From Ylistrum balloti (lineage: Eukaryota), in the NCBI RefSeq assembly GCF_031769215.1, contig NW_026782228.1, forward strand, positions 62,001 through 126,000: a DNA stretch of 64,000 nucleotides, in the 5' to 3' direction. The notes under the pieces are model-generated. The model searched no databases. It saw only the letters and a list, made by a program, of their open reading frames with translations, and was not told the origin of the DNA. The position numbers were made by a program, and so were the translations under genes. Below, one piece after another: positions 43,880 to 56,700 of the stretch (the stretch's first letter is position 1; each line of letters begins with the position of its first letter).

Positions 43880-44830
43880 ATGATGTTACTCGCTGAGGAT
43901 GCCACACATTTAATGTTATTTGCTGAGGATACCACACAATTAATGTTACTTGCTGAGAATACCACACAATAAATGTTACTTGCTATGGATACCACACAAA
44001 AATGTTACTTGTTTGGATATAACGCAATAAATGTTATTTGTTTTAGATACCACACAAAAAATGTTTCTTGCTGAGGATACTACACAATTAATGTTACTTG
44101 TTTTAGATACCACACAATTAATGTTACTTGTTTTAGATACTACACAATTAATGTTTCTTGCTGAGGATAGCAAACAATTAATGTTACTTGTTTTAGATAC
44201 CACACAATTAATGTTTCTTGCTGAGGATACCACACAATTAATGTTACTTGTTTTAGATACCACACAATTAATGTTACTTGCTGAGGATACTACACAATTA
44301 ATGTTACTTGCTGAGGATACTACACAATTAATTTTACTTGCTGAGGATACCACACAATTATCGTTACTTGCTGAGGATACTACACAATTAACGTTACTTG
44401 CTGAGGATACCACACAATAAGATAATGTTACTTGCTCTAATGCCACATCATAAATGTTACTTATTTGTATATCATATAGTAGATGTTACTGGTTTGTATA
44501 TCACATAGTAGATATTACTGGTTTGGATATCACCCAATAAATGATTCACAATAAATGTTACTGTAAATTCCACACCATAAATGTTACTTGATTTTGATAC
44601 TATACAATAGAAGTTACTTGATGTGGATGCAACACAATGTTACTTGTTTAGGTTACTTGCTGTGAAGATCACCCAATTTAAGTTATTTTTATTGATACTA
44701 TCCAATAAATGTTACCTGATTTTAAATATCGCTCAATGAATTAAATACTTGTTATAGATACCACATAATAAATGTTACTTGTTTGGATATAACACAATAA
44801 ATGTTACTTGTGTTGGTACTAGCCATTAAG
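43880..44830. repeat. 30-bp minisatellite ATGTTACTTG(CTGAG/TTTTA)GATACCACACAATTA; about 18 well-conserved copies to 44420, degenerate beyond
   Basis: Direct periodicity; accounts for the LMLLAEDTTQ and NCVVSSAS ORFs. Confidence 0.95.
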
Positions 44831-45229
44831 TGTTTCTTATTTTGGATACCATACAATTGATATTTGAATTTAAAAACAACACATTGGTTTTGTTTTGAGA
44901 TAATACAAAATGCTACTCTTACTAGGTCAAAACAATGGTTGATACTTACTTTGGATATCACTAAAAAATAATAACTTGTTTTGTATACCAAACATTGTAT
45001 GTTGTATCTTTTGTATACAACATTACAAATATTACTTTGTTTCGGACATCAAGCAATAACTGTTACTGTTATTGATATGATGCAGAATTGACAGATTTTA
45101 AACAACATACAGTAAATTTTAAATAAGTATTAAACAATAAACACCAGGTTGACTAAATATATAATACTCCTTCAACACGTAGGTTGAAGATAGTGAGCAT
45201 TGGTAATGTTTAGTCGAGTGAAGATTTAG

Positions 45230-46210
45230 TGAAGAAAGTTCAAAAGTCACGGAAGTTGCTTATGTTGTAGCGTGATGAGCAGGTGCTGAATGTATTGCAA
45301 TACTGCTGATGTGAAGAATGAGTCGGTACGAAGAGATAGAATGATGTGATGGAGATGATGGACGTTTTTGGTAAGGACTTTTTCGGAGTCTCTGGATTTT
45401 TTTTAAGAAAATACGCCAATCGCTGGTCCAATAAGAGTCAATGGCCTTGGCCCACTTAGTTCGACCTAAATCCTTTACAACAGCTTGTCTGGTCAAATCT
45501 TCAGTAATGATGAGTTTTGGTGGATTATATTCAGACGTTTTTCGTCTGTGAACGCGGAATTCTTGATGTTCCAACTACTGAACCGACAAATGATCTGATG
45601 CTTCCTTTCAGTGTTAGGCTTCCCGATAACATGAGATTTATAGATATCTCCAGAGCTGAGGCCAACATTAAGCTTGGATTTACAGATACCAATAATGGTC
45701 GGATCGGTAAAGTTTTTCTGTTCACTGTCTAACTGGACATTATGAAAACAGAGAGTGTTTCTCCTACCATTCGAGCTCTTCAATTTGGGATGCTGGAGAA
45801 TCGACCTGTTTCTCCAGTACGGAACATTTGGACGATAGAGGATTATTTACTGACTTGAGTGATTTCCACAGCATGGTCATGTACCGTCTGTTGCAGTGGT
45901 AAAAGCATGTCCACCATTGTATCACGAATTATAGACTGGAATGTTTCACGGAGATGCAGTATACATGCCTGAGCCAAAGCTGATGGAATATTCGGAAGGA
46001 CTTGATAAAATGGAATGTATGATACAGGGGAGGTCAATTATCTTGCCTTTACCTATATCCAGCTGGAGAGTCTGACTTTCCTCCATAGACGTTAAGGCGG
46101 AGAATGAATTTCTCCTTCTGTGAGTTGGGTGGTCTGAGACACTAGGGGAAACAGTGTCCGGAGACTTCCTTTCAGCAGGGCCTGACGGGGTACTTAGATC
46201 CGACATTGTA
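45230..46210 (-). mobile_element. Disrupted LINE ORF1p-like sequence (coiled coil plus RRM/CTD type)
   Basis: Frameshifted pieces: IIGICKSKLNVGLSSGDIYKSHVIGKP..HQIICRFSSW, IITEDLT, IDSYWTSDWRIF; upstream low-complexity and helical segment. Confidence 0.75.
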
Positions 46211-46584
46211 CAGTCATGTGATAAGAACCAAAGAAAAAAAACAGCATAATAATAAAAACACAGAATCTATGAACACAAGTTATGCGAAGACATACATGTA
46301 CAAACAAATATGGCCGAAGGTGTCAGACAAAGGGCTGTGGTGAGTCGGATGATAATAATGTGAATATCTCTTCGTGGGTGGGCTTAAATGAAGTTAACAT
46401 AACATATTATTGACAGCTATCACGTTGGTTAAAAGTGACACTTGTACGCACCGTCTATGACACACAGAATTGTATTAAACAGTTTTTTCAAGGCGGAGCC
46501 GATCAGGGCCACGCCGTGCAGATCGCCATCTGGTCTTGATTAGGCGGTGCTGTATCATACGTCCCTGATCTATCTGTGTTTAAC

Positions 46585-48515
46585 AATTGAAATATAAAGT
46601 AAGTAAGGACACACTAAATACCTTATTTACATGTTTCATTAGACCAACTCTCGAATATGCATCTTGTGTTTGGTATGGTTGCTCTGTTGCAGCCAGAGTT
46701 GTACCTGGCCTATCCTCTGTTGCATCTTGTGTTTGGTATGGTTGCTCTGTTGCAGCCAGAGTTGTACCTGGCCTATCCTCTGTTGCCTCTTGTGTTTGGT
46801 ATGGTTGCTCTGTTGCAGCCAGAGTTGTACCTGGCCTATCCTCTGTTGCCTCTTGTGTTTGGTATGGTTGCTCTGTTGCAGCCAGAGTTGTACCTGGCCT
46901 ATCCTCTGTTGCCTCTTGTGTTTGGTATGGTTGCTCTTTTGCAGCCAGAGTTGTACCTGGCCTATCCTCTGTTGCCTCTTGTGTTTGGTATGGTTGCTCT
47001 GTTGCAGCCAGAGTTGTACCTGGCCTATCCTCTGTTGCCTCTTGTGTTTGGTATGGTTGCTCTGTTGCAGCCAGAGTTGTACCTGGCCTATCCTCTGTTG
47101 CATCTTGTGTTTGGTATGGTTGCTCTGTTGCAGCCAGAGTTGTACCTGGCCTATCCTCTGTTGCCTCTTGTGTTTGGTATGGTTGCTCTGTTGCAGCCAG
47201 AGTTGTACCTGGCCTATCCTCTGTTGCCTCTTGTGTTTGGTATGGTTGCTCTTTTGCAGCCAGAGTTGTACCTGGCCTATCCTCTGTTGCCTCTTGTGTT
47301 TGGTATGGTTGCACTGTTGCAGCCAGAGTTGTACCAGGCCTACCTCTGTTGCCTCTTGTGTTTGGTATGGTTGCTCTGTTGCAGCCAGAATTGTACCTGG
47401 CCTATCCTCTGTTGCCTCCTGTGTTTGGTATGGTTGCACTGTTGCAGCCAGAGTTGTACCTGGCCTATCCTCTGTTGCATCTTGTGTTTGGTATGGTTGC
47501 TCTGTTGCAGCCAGAGTTGTACCTGGCCTATCCTCTGTTGCATCTTGTGTTTGGTATGGTTGCTCTGTTGCAGCCAGAATTGTACCTGGCCTATCCTCTG
47601 TTGCCTCTTGTTAGGTACTTTACTTTGTTTGGGTTACTTTAACATCTAGAAGAGAACAGTGTAAACTTTCTAATTTTACAAGATGTATAATCGATTAGTT
47701 CCAGAGTATCTTTATAATTTGCTCCCTTTTATAAGAAGTGATGTTCATGGTGATTTTTGTAATCCCGATAACTATCAGATACCACGCAGTAGATTAGATA
47801 TTCTTAATTTATCCCTTCTGCAATTATTTTATGGAATAGTCTTGATGATTCTATGAAAAGTACCTCATCAACTTCTACATTCAACACCAAAATATCAGCA
47901 GTACCACGTGTTTTACCTTAATGTTGGTAACGGACACCTCTCTGTTCTTTTAGCACGAATTAGATAAAAATGTGTTTGTCTTAAAAAGCGATTTATTCCG
48001 TGTAGGTATTTGTGTTTCACCTGAATGTCAGTGTGGTGATGGTTATGAAGATGCGTACCATTATTTTTTGTTTGCTCATTTTTTTAACCCTTGAATAAGA
48101 CTGTTTGATGTTCTGTCAATCATTGGTATCTACCCAGTCCCCAACTTGATATTTTCATATGGGGAGATGTTGACCTTCCTTATGAAACAAATAGTAACAT
48201 AGTACTTGTGGTACAATCATTTATAAAATCAAGTAAGCGGTGTGATACTAACAAGTGGACTGCTACCGCAACCAGAACTCCCACCCACATTCTCATGGCC
48301 CCTTCTTTCATCTCCATCCACTCTTTTCCTTTCTCTTCTTACTTTTTCATGTTATTTGGTAAATTGTAGTTTGTATATGTTTTGAATCTTTTTGCCATCC
48401 CATTATATCTTTACTTATGTCTTATGTTGTCAAGAGAGGACCTAGTAAGTTGTCAGAACTTGTGCCCAATCCCTTTGCTCGTATTTTAATCAATAAAATA
48501 TGTTTGAACCAAGTT
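46585..48515 (+). mobile_element. 5'-truncated LINE 3' portion containing the 63-bp minisatellite
   Basis: KYKVSKDTLNTLFTCFIRPTLEYAS; FYKMYNRLVPEYLYNLLP; SPECQCGDGYEDAYHYFF; conserved 3' terminus at 48440-48515. Confidence 0.88.
46659..47602. repeat. 63-bp minisatellite, 15 copies (one with a 1-nt deletion)
   Basis: Unit GC(A/C)TCTTGTGTTTGGTATGGTTGCTCTGTTGCAGCCAGAGTTGTACCTGGCCTATCCTCTGTT; 944 nt = 15x63-1. Confidence 0.98.
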
Positions 48516-50084
48516 AAACAGACTGCATCGTTTCTAGTTTGAGAACAAAATGGTGTTTTTTACTGTTTGCAGAGATTTATAATTACTGTATTATTTGTGA
48601 AAATAGAGAAAAGCAGTCGAGCATCTGGTCTTTAGTGAAAAATAGCAGATGACATAATGTATTATTTAGTATATAAACGCTGTTTATCTTTCCTGGCCAA
48701 CCTGTCTCAGTAATAGGAGACACATAAACATTATACAAATGTATGCATTCCATAAAAACTGTACTCGAATTACACAAATGAGCGGTGCCGAACGGGTTTT
48801 CCACAAACACAGATACGAGAGTTAATTTTGCGTCATATATCCCTTCTCACTATTCAGCCGAATAAAGAAACAGATATATTGCTAGTAAAATTTATTCATT
48901 CTACGGCGACACAGAACCTGACCATACCTTTAACAGAAAAAACAACCTCATGAACCATATAAAGTGACAAAATGAAAATATATCTACTGAGAATGAGAAG
49001 ACAGGAGGCTGGTGAAACGAAACGGGTCGCTTTAAAGGATTGTTAAACAAGGAAAGTGTATATGGTGCTTCAAAACAGTTTTTTGTAAAATTTCTGAAAT
49101 AAGAGGAGAGCCTATCTATGCTTAATCCATATTTTGACCCGCCAGTTGAATATGTATGAATGCATCCCAATGGAAAAAACAACATTCAAATGCTTTTCAA
49201 AACCTACACGATGCATATCAAAACTTTGAACGGGAAGGGAGTTGGATGAACGATAGGTGAATATTGAAACTAGAGATAAACATCGTAGAGTGCACTTCAT
49301 TAGCTCTATCACCATCCCTCCGTATATCAAACACAAAAGAGATGTACTGTAAACGATGGTCTGTACTAACTTTCACTACTAATGTCACTGTTTATTTATG
49401 TGAGGATGAATACATCTATGCCTACTTGTGTAGATATGATATATCTTGTATTAATTACACTCGGAAACCTATAGCTACAAAGGCTTTAAGATTATGTGTA
49501 GTTTTGTGTTAAACAACCATACCTGTTACTGGAAGGTGGTAAGTCAATTACGGTGCTGATATATAATGTATAGTAAACTAATTACACAATCGGCTGCACT
49601 TTACATCAGGTTCACTTTGTATAGAAATTGGTAGTCTCCTGTGATCGTTACATTTGACATCAGACATTAGACATAATGACAGACAGAATATGTAGTAATA
49701 GCAACATTAGGCAACTATTCCAAAAATATCTAACGCCTGGTATAGACCCAGAGGAATCTCATGTTATATCATATTAGATCTAGATAGTTTACTTACAATC
49801 CCAGTAAATTATTTTACGTGTAGATAAATCTGACCCAATCCTTTATCACGATGTTCAATATTTCCAGCATTCCAACAGACATGACCCTATATACAGATAG
49901 AATAAACACGAGTTACATCCCTTCTATTAATTTGAGATGATCATGACATAATTCCTCGAAAATTTCACACGCTCCCCAGTGACACAGTATCGTGCCATCG
50001 CCATCTAAGTCACGTCATATTTAAATTCATTATATAAACCCAAAATAAATTTGAAAAAAAAGTTATCGAGTCCAGCGTACAGAC

Positions 50085-50855
50085 ATGTGCACAAGCCTTC
50101 TTGGATGGACCAGCATTGAAGCGTATATAGACACTAAAAAACTATTATTTTTGGGACGGCTATGTAGACTAGAAATGAAAACAATATCATCTAGAATATT
50201 TTTTACAATATCCTTTAATGTTGATATGGAATATAAGTTTAGTGTAGAAAAACATAACTTCGGTTTTGAAATAATCAGAATATTGAGAAAATATATGTTG
50301 TATGACCTTTTTACCGAGTCTTTAGATAGGTGCACTTTTCCGCCTAAATGTATGTGGAGTCTCATTGTTAGAAATGCTGTCCGTTCAGTTGAAGAATCGA
50401 CGTGGCGGGAAAGAATATCAGCCGATAGTGATTTTTCGAGATTTTCTCTTGTCCACAGTAACTTAGTAACTCATGTATTTTGGAAACTGGCAATTAGATA
50501 TCCCGCTATAAGAGAACCAATATATTATGTTATGAAATTAATTGTTACTATAAGAGATTGTGAAGACGAGAAGAAGTTGTGTCACAAGTGTGGTTTAATG
50601 TATAACGATGTCGCTATACATATAATCTTAAAATGTGAATATACAGGGGAATTAAGAGACAAATTATGGTGTGATATAATTAATATCAAAGATATAATGT
50701 TTAGTGTACACTTACATCCAATGTCAGATTACAAGCTTTTTCATATTCTTATGGGTGGAGATATTTCTTTCGAACTTGATCCATCTGATAGAGATGATTT
50801 TTATAAGACAGCAGTAACTTCCGTACACAAAATGTGTAAACATTATTACAAATAG
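50085..50855 (+). mobile_element. LINE ORF2 C-terminal domain with CCHC-type knuckle, 5'-truncated, uninterrupted 256-aa frame
   Basis: LLGWTSIEAYIDTKKLLFLGRLC; W...V...EE..W; LCHKCG...HIILKC...LRDKLW. No RT core upstream. Confidence 0.7.
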
Positions 50856-52365
50856 TGATTCATTCATTAATTAATGACAAGAGACTGTAAGATAAAACAG
50901 GTATAGATGGCATATCTTGTGTCACGATTATTACGTACACTCATTTGTATAGAAAATAATTATCTAAATGATGAGATTTTTTCCCCAACGGGAGGTAACT
51001 CTATGATGCGTCAGTGATATTTTGTCTCGTAACACTCCTTATAACGTCGTAAGATAATTTTAACAATTTTGTGTTGTTAGTTCAGTATTATGATAGAAAA
51101 CGATCATTTGACAAATCAACAAATTTAGTTTTTCAGAATCTCTACAGAATAAAGATAGGAATTATATAGGTAAAAACGGTACATGAATATATGTGAATTT
51201 TTTTTATAAATCTGGTCGCTTTGTCGCTGTAGTATCTGAAAGACTGAAACAATAGGGTGATCCGTGTAGGCAGTTTATTTCAATCCGGCAAACTGAACAT
51301 TTTCGTTATTTTTTTGTCTGTAAACTTTGGAATGGATAAACATGAAACTGCATTTTAATGCAGGAAAACTGTAAGTATAAAGGTTATTTTCGTATATTAT
51401 TTAGGATTTCGGGGATAACTTATCAAACGAGGGTAAAACAGTTATTAATTTTTTCCCAAATCTAGTTTTCCCCAAATAACCTAACAAAATTGAGAATTAA
51501 TCTCTATACTTACAGTTTTTCTTAATTAAAATAGTTTTGTTTTACAAAAAAAATATCCCAGTTTAGTAATAAAACATAATCTAACATTTATTTTCATTTC
51601 ATTTGAGATTAATGGTTGGTGGTGCAGTGGTAACACACACGCCTATGCAAGAGTAAGGGATCTCCTGTCCGACAATGGGAGTTCCTCCCACATTATATGA
51701 CCCCTTGTATTTTTCAATCCGTACTAACATGTGTGAAGAGTAGCATTTCAAAATTCAAAAACCCATGGAACTTACAGTTGTTGTAAAATAGTTCGTCATT
51801 AACTCACCAAATACAAAAATACAAAGGTCTAAAATTCGTTTTATTCATCGTTTGTGATCATTCAAATAAACATTTTTCGTTTGTTTTTGTTTTGTTTTTT
51901 GTCTTGTTTTGTTCAGATGGCTCTAAGGCAAGCCAGGGAATATCGAGTAGCCTCCCTTGAATCGGAAAGGTACAATTTCTCCCTGCATGTGAAACACACG
52001 GAGATGTATTTCGACAATTTTTAGATGATAAAACGAATATATTGCGGATAAATGCTTGGGTTTTATTGTGTAGAAGAACGGCTTCTCACAAACATATATC
52101 ATCAGCACAGTTACACAGTATTCAAGTTGGATGACCTTAATTTGCCTCGATTGTCCATGATCGGGGCAAAATCAAATACCTCCAAATCGAGGGGTAAATA
52201 AATCTCGTTATTGTTTGGCACACCAGGAGCAAAGCGCCACGGCTACCGTGATAGAACGTTAGCATACATTAAACCTCATGTGAAAATCCGAGGTACAGTC
52301 TCGATGTTTCCTACCCGTGACATGATGGGAAGCACAGAAACGGGTCGGTATGTGTTGAAATTGCT

Positions 52366-52441
52366 GTGTCCAGGGGCAAAAACACTTTACCCTAATTGCT
52401 CTGGTCACAGCTCTCGTATTATGTTCTGTGATAAAGCCACC
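52366..52441 (+). mobile_element. SINE central-domain remnant (CORE-like)
   Basis: GTGTCCAGGGGCAAAAACACTTTACCCTAATTGCTC resembles the CCTTGGGCAAG.CACTT core; inverted homolog at 55786-55858. Confidence 0.45.
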
Positions 52442-53252
52442 TATAGGGGACCCGGACACAAAAAAAAGGTGTTCTCGGGATGATAAACCCACCAAACAGA
52501 GCAAAATCAAGAAACAACTTTTCATTTTTGTGATTTGCTGGCTTGTAAACTGAATTTTTGCGGGTCCTTTTTAAAGGACTGGCATATGCGCGTCATGTTA
52601 AAATATCTGTTAAAAACAGTTTAAACATCAGTAAAATTTAAAAAAAAATGTTTCTTATATATACAGTTTGAAAGCATCTTTTATGTTCACTCCTGTAAAA
52701 AATCATTCATTGTAAGTTATACGCACTGACTTAACAGCAAAACAGCTAATCCAATTACGCGGGAACGTTTTTCAGCTGGAAAATAGTTCCACAATAACGT
52801 CATATTTTTATTACATTTTTGTGAGATATTTAAAATATTTACATATCATTCATATATTGCATTGAGTTTTCTAGTTTATATACAAAGGGAGATAAAAATG
52901 AATTAAAATATTCAGCGAACAAAAGCAATAGCGGATTCACACTAATCCCGCAATTGTACAGTATTCTCCAGCTTCCCATGCGCCAAACTTAACGTTTACC
53001 AAATTGCAAAACATATATGTTGTTGGTAAAGCAAAATATTGACAATAAAACTGAACGAAGGCTGTAATTGACAAAAGCATTGGTTGGATTGTGTAATAGA
53101 AGGGAGACAACTCCAGCAGATTTGTTCTACTCACTGATTTAAACGCCAAAAATATTAGTAAAAGTTCGATCACATGCCATTTCAGTAAGGTCTGTTTACA
53201 AATCGTCGTATCATATCTCCCGTGCAACAGAGTTAAGGAGTGAGACTTAGGT

Positions 53253-53383
53253 GTTACTTATCAGCGGCGGCAGTGACATGGTCAGCATTGGTACTAAACT
53301 CAGAATTGTACAATAAGGGGTTACTTAGCAGCGGCGGCAGTGACATGGTCAGCATTTGTACTAAACTCGGAATTGTACAATAA
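53253..53383. repeat. 67-bp direct tandem duplication (2 copies)
   Basis: GTTACTTA(T/G)CAGCGGCGGCAGTGACATGGTCAGC...AATTGTACAATAA occurs twice. Confidence 0.93.
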
Positions 53384-55785
53384 TTTTAACTGTTGTTATC
53401 GCAAAAACAAGATCAGATCAGGACATTGTTTCCGTTAATTGGTTGAATACATGTGCTGTCAAAATCAAACCTGCAATATATTTTTCAATATGCGTTGCCG
53501 TTCTAGCACGCATTTCAGGTTCTGGATTTCAATTATATTTAACTGTTAATTAAATAAGTTTCCTGTTTATATCGTTATTTGCACTTTCTTAATTATTCAT
53601 ATACGTATAATTAATGGAACAGGTTGATGATATGGATAAGGTGAGGACACGCAAGACATATTGTGTGTAATTCTTGTATCTAATAATAAATTAGTTTAAA
53701 AGTTCATTTCAAAGTTAAGATATAATTGTAATTAAATAATGTTTCCGAATATCTTTCTAACGTGAGTCTGCATTCCTTTTCACGAGTTACATGTAAGCCT
53801 GCTAACACTGTCTTAAAAACTTTAAAAAATTTTAATCAACACATGCAGATATCAAAGGGATCACGTGTAAAAGCTACAGGTGTAATCATAAAAAGTTGGC
53901 GATTTTTTTCGTTTGATTGTGTATTTAGCAATATCCTAAACTCAAGTTTTTTCACCAATCAAACTACAATCATATTGCAAAATGACTGCAATCTTACTTG
54001 TTGACATATCGAATCGATCTAACATAACCAAATTGATTTATATAAGACTTTTTAATAGGTTCGTACCTATCCACAAATGATTGTGAACCAAATCAACTCT
54101 CCGTCATCCACCAGATGAAGTGTCTATGACCTCTGTAATAATCTAGATTCTCTGGATTTCAGTGTGGTGAAAACGATCACAAAGTAAAAGAGTAAAAACA
54201 CACTTTTTAACGCTTTCAGTTATTTGTCTGTTCGTCACGACAAACTCTATCATAATATTTTCTAGTTAAATAGAGTCAGTGCAGAAGTTTCAGAGACTTT
54301 TAAACCTCACAGTTAAATGCACCATCAAGATATGTTCTCAGCATTCATTTCCACGTACTGTCTGCTGACAGTGCAGTAATTGTTTAACTGTGTCTCCATG
54401 GACATTCCAGTGTTGTTGAAGAGGACAAGGTAACTGGACATTTGTAAGATGCCGTGCTTCAATTGACATGAAGTCATTTTTTCTTGTGATTTTTTAGATA
54501 ATGACTTCAGTGTATTAATATCCAATTGTCGATTATGGTGGTTTAAGGACCTCTCGGTGAATACATTTAATTACGGTTTCCTGTAGTGACATGTACAGCA
54601 TTGTAATACTATCAAACTTCAACAATTGACAGTTTTTATAGGAAATTGTATCTTTTAAAATGAAATGCCGTTGAGAAAAAGTGAGCCATGCTTACACTAA
54701 GATATCTTTAGGTACGTTAACAACGTGTGTAAATTTTAAGGTCCACTTCAGAATTCTTTTTTGTTTACAGCTCTTTCTTCATCGAGTTTAATTTTGATAA
54801 AGACAATTTTTTCTGATGTTCGAGATTGACGATAAATGATGAAGTAACCACTACAAGTGTTAAAAACATTTACTTCAGATCACAAATACCCCCCACCTTG
54901 AGAATTACCCAGTCACTACCAACTATTTGAAACATTTAAACACCTAGAAAGATATGTACATGTTCAGGAAAATGTATACTGGAGTATGCTCTTTCCAAAA
55001 GGAATTCTTTTTGTTTTGTAGAAAACAAATATCATAAAACTCGATGTTTATTCATCTACAAACCACCTCTTTCTTGTGACGCCCACATCTTCATTATTAT
55101 AGTAAACCTAATTTAATTCCTATCCTCTATATTACTTCTGTTACGTAACGTGGCCTCCCATGTGTGTCTTTGTGCTGTTTCTGTAATATGTTTTTGATGT
55201 GACTAATTTGTACGAGGGCAGTAGATTTAGTTAACTCTTAATCGACAGGGTCAGCATACCTCACAAGAACGAACAGGTTGCACGACGAATTAAAGAAATA
55301 AAAAAATATGGCGGGAAATGAATTTTCCTCGGGCCGAGATATAATTTCCTTTGAATATTTTTTTTCGGATAAAAAAAAACTAAGATAAAAGAATTTCGTT
55401 AAGTTTTGTGCAATGGGAATCACTAGCGATATGTGACTGAGGCGAGCGGTTTGTATACTAGTACACAATCAATCAACTTTTTACTTTTATCAGAATCTTG
55501 TACATGTAATTAGATAAGTTTAAAACGAGATATAATCATCTTCAGTTTCCAAGGTTTTGATGTATTTATGCACAAGGCCGTTGATGTAAATTGTGGCAAA
55601 TTCTGCTTAAACAGCGATGGTATTTAAAAGGAAACAAAGCATCTCGACTGGTTAAAAGCATGACATATAGACACGATAAGACTCTGCTGTTTCGGTAACG
55701 AAGTGAGGTTTGTTTGCTTTGTTATGAGTTTCTCGTCTATTCAACAGGCAGGGCCATTTTATGGCGGGGCTTCCTTGTGATATCT

Positions 55786-55858
55786 GGTGGCTATATCACT
55801 GAACACAATACGGGAGGCTCATTTCATATCACCCTTAGCAATTTGAGTAAAGTGTCTT
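55786..55858 (-). mobile_element. SINE central-domain remnant (CORE-like), second copy
   Basis: Reverse complement aligns with 52381-52441. Confidence 0.45.
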
Positions 55859-56539
55859 TCTCAATTATAAAAACCAGATAATAAAAAAATTGTAATCAAT
55901 TTCAGCAAATATTACCACTATGTCACAGTTTTTAACTTTAAATTATGAATGTTACCTTTTTATATTTTGAATGGCTTTATGAAATATAATATACAGTCCT
56001 TGTAAATACATACGTGTCTTTTATACAAATAAGATCATATGGAACCAATTGGACACCAATTACTAGAAACCAAGAAAGTAGTACTCAGAAGAGCAACACA
56101 AATTATCATTAGAACGGACCTGCACAATTTATAGTGATTTAGCTAGTTCGTAAATGATCCACAGGTAACATAAAAGTGATTGAAACCTTTTGGAAACCAA
56201 GTATCACAACATCTTTGGACATTCCACTGAAAGTACAACATTTGATCTCTAAAGCAGATCGTGGAAAATGACAATTGAAAAAAGAAATGTTCCACTAGAG
56301 GCAAGAACAATAAGAGAGACATCAGTTTGTTTACAATATCCTAATTCAAATTTAATCGATGCAAAGTGAATAGATTATGAATGATTTATATAAAAGCCCA
56401 AGAAAAAGTAACAATGTCGTGTTCACAAAGTGTAAGCGTCTTTTTCATCTGGGAAAACCCGTCATGTTTGGTAAATCCGCGTGAGTCAAGTTTCTCAGAT
56501 GAGAACCGAGTATACCTATAAACAGCCAGGGCATCGCAG

Positions 56540-56700
56540 GACGTGCCATGTTAGGGTGGTGAAGGAAAGCTGGAGTTCTGAGAGAAGAACCACCTACGGC
56601 CAGTACCTGGCGACTTCCCCATGAAGGTCTCGTACCCGCAACCCAGAGGTAGATAAAGACGGCCAGACATCAAGACCCCCAATGTCCACCACGTCAACAT
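56540..56700 (-). mobile_element. Decayed tRNA-derived SINE
   Basis: Degenerate reversed B box (GGTCTCGTACCC at 56626-56637), with CCACCTACGGCCAGTACCTGGC and GGAGTTCTGAGAG segments typical of SINE bodies. Confidence 0.45.

Noticed and set aside
43976-44446. 156-aa and 129-aa repetitive ORFs
   Set aside because: Translations of the 30-bp minisatellite
46580-47649. 244-351 aa Cys-rich, Leu-rich or mucin-like ORFs as host genes
   Set aside because: They are generated by the 63-bp tandem repeat inside a LINE remnant; reported as a repeat and a finding instead.
48560-49300. Decayed third fucosyltransferase or other pseudogene on the plus strand
   Set aside because: The frame has many stops, and I found no GT10 or other recognisable motif.
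51613-51690. tRNA gene (GGTGGTGCAGTGGTAACACAC...)
   Set aside because: Only an A-box-like head is present, with no B box or cloverleaf; at most a SINE head fragment.
54250-54530. Exon-like segment with AG and GTAACT borders
   Set aside because: Stops in all plus-strand frames and no recognisable homology
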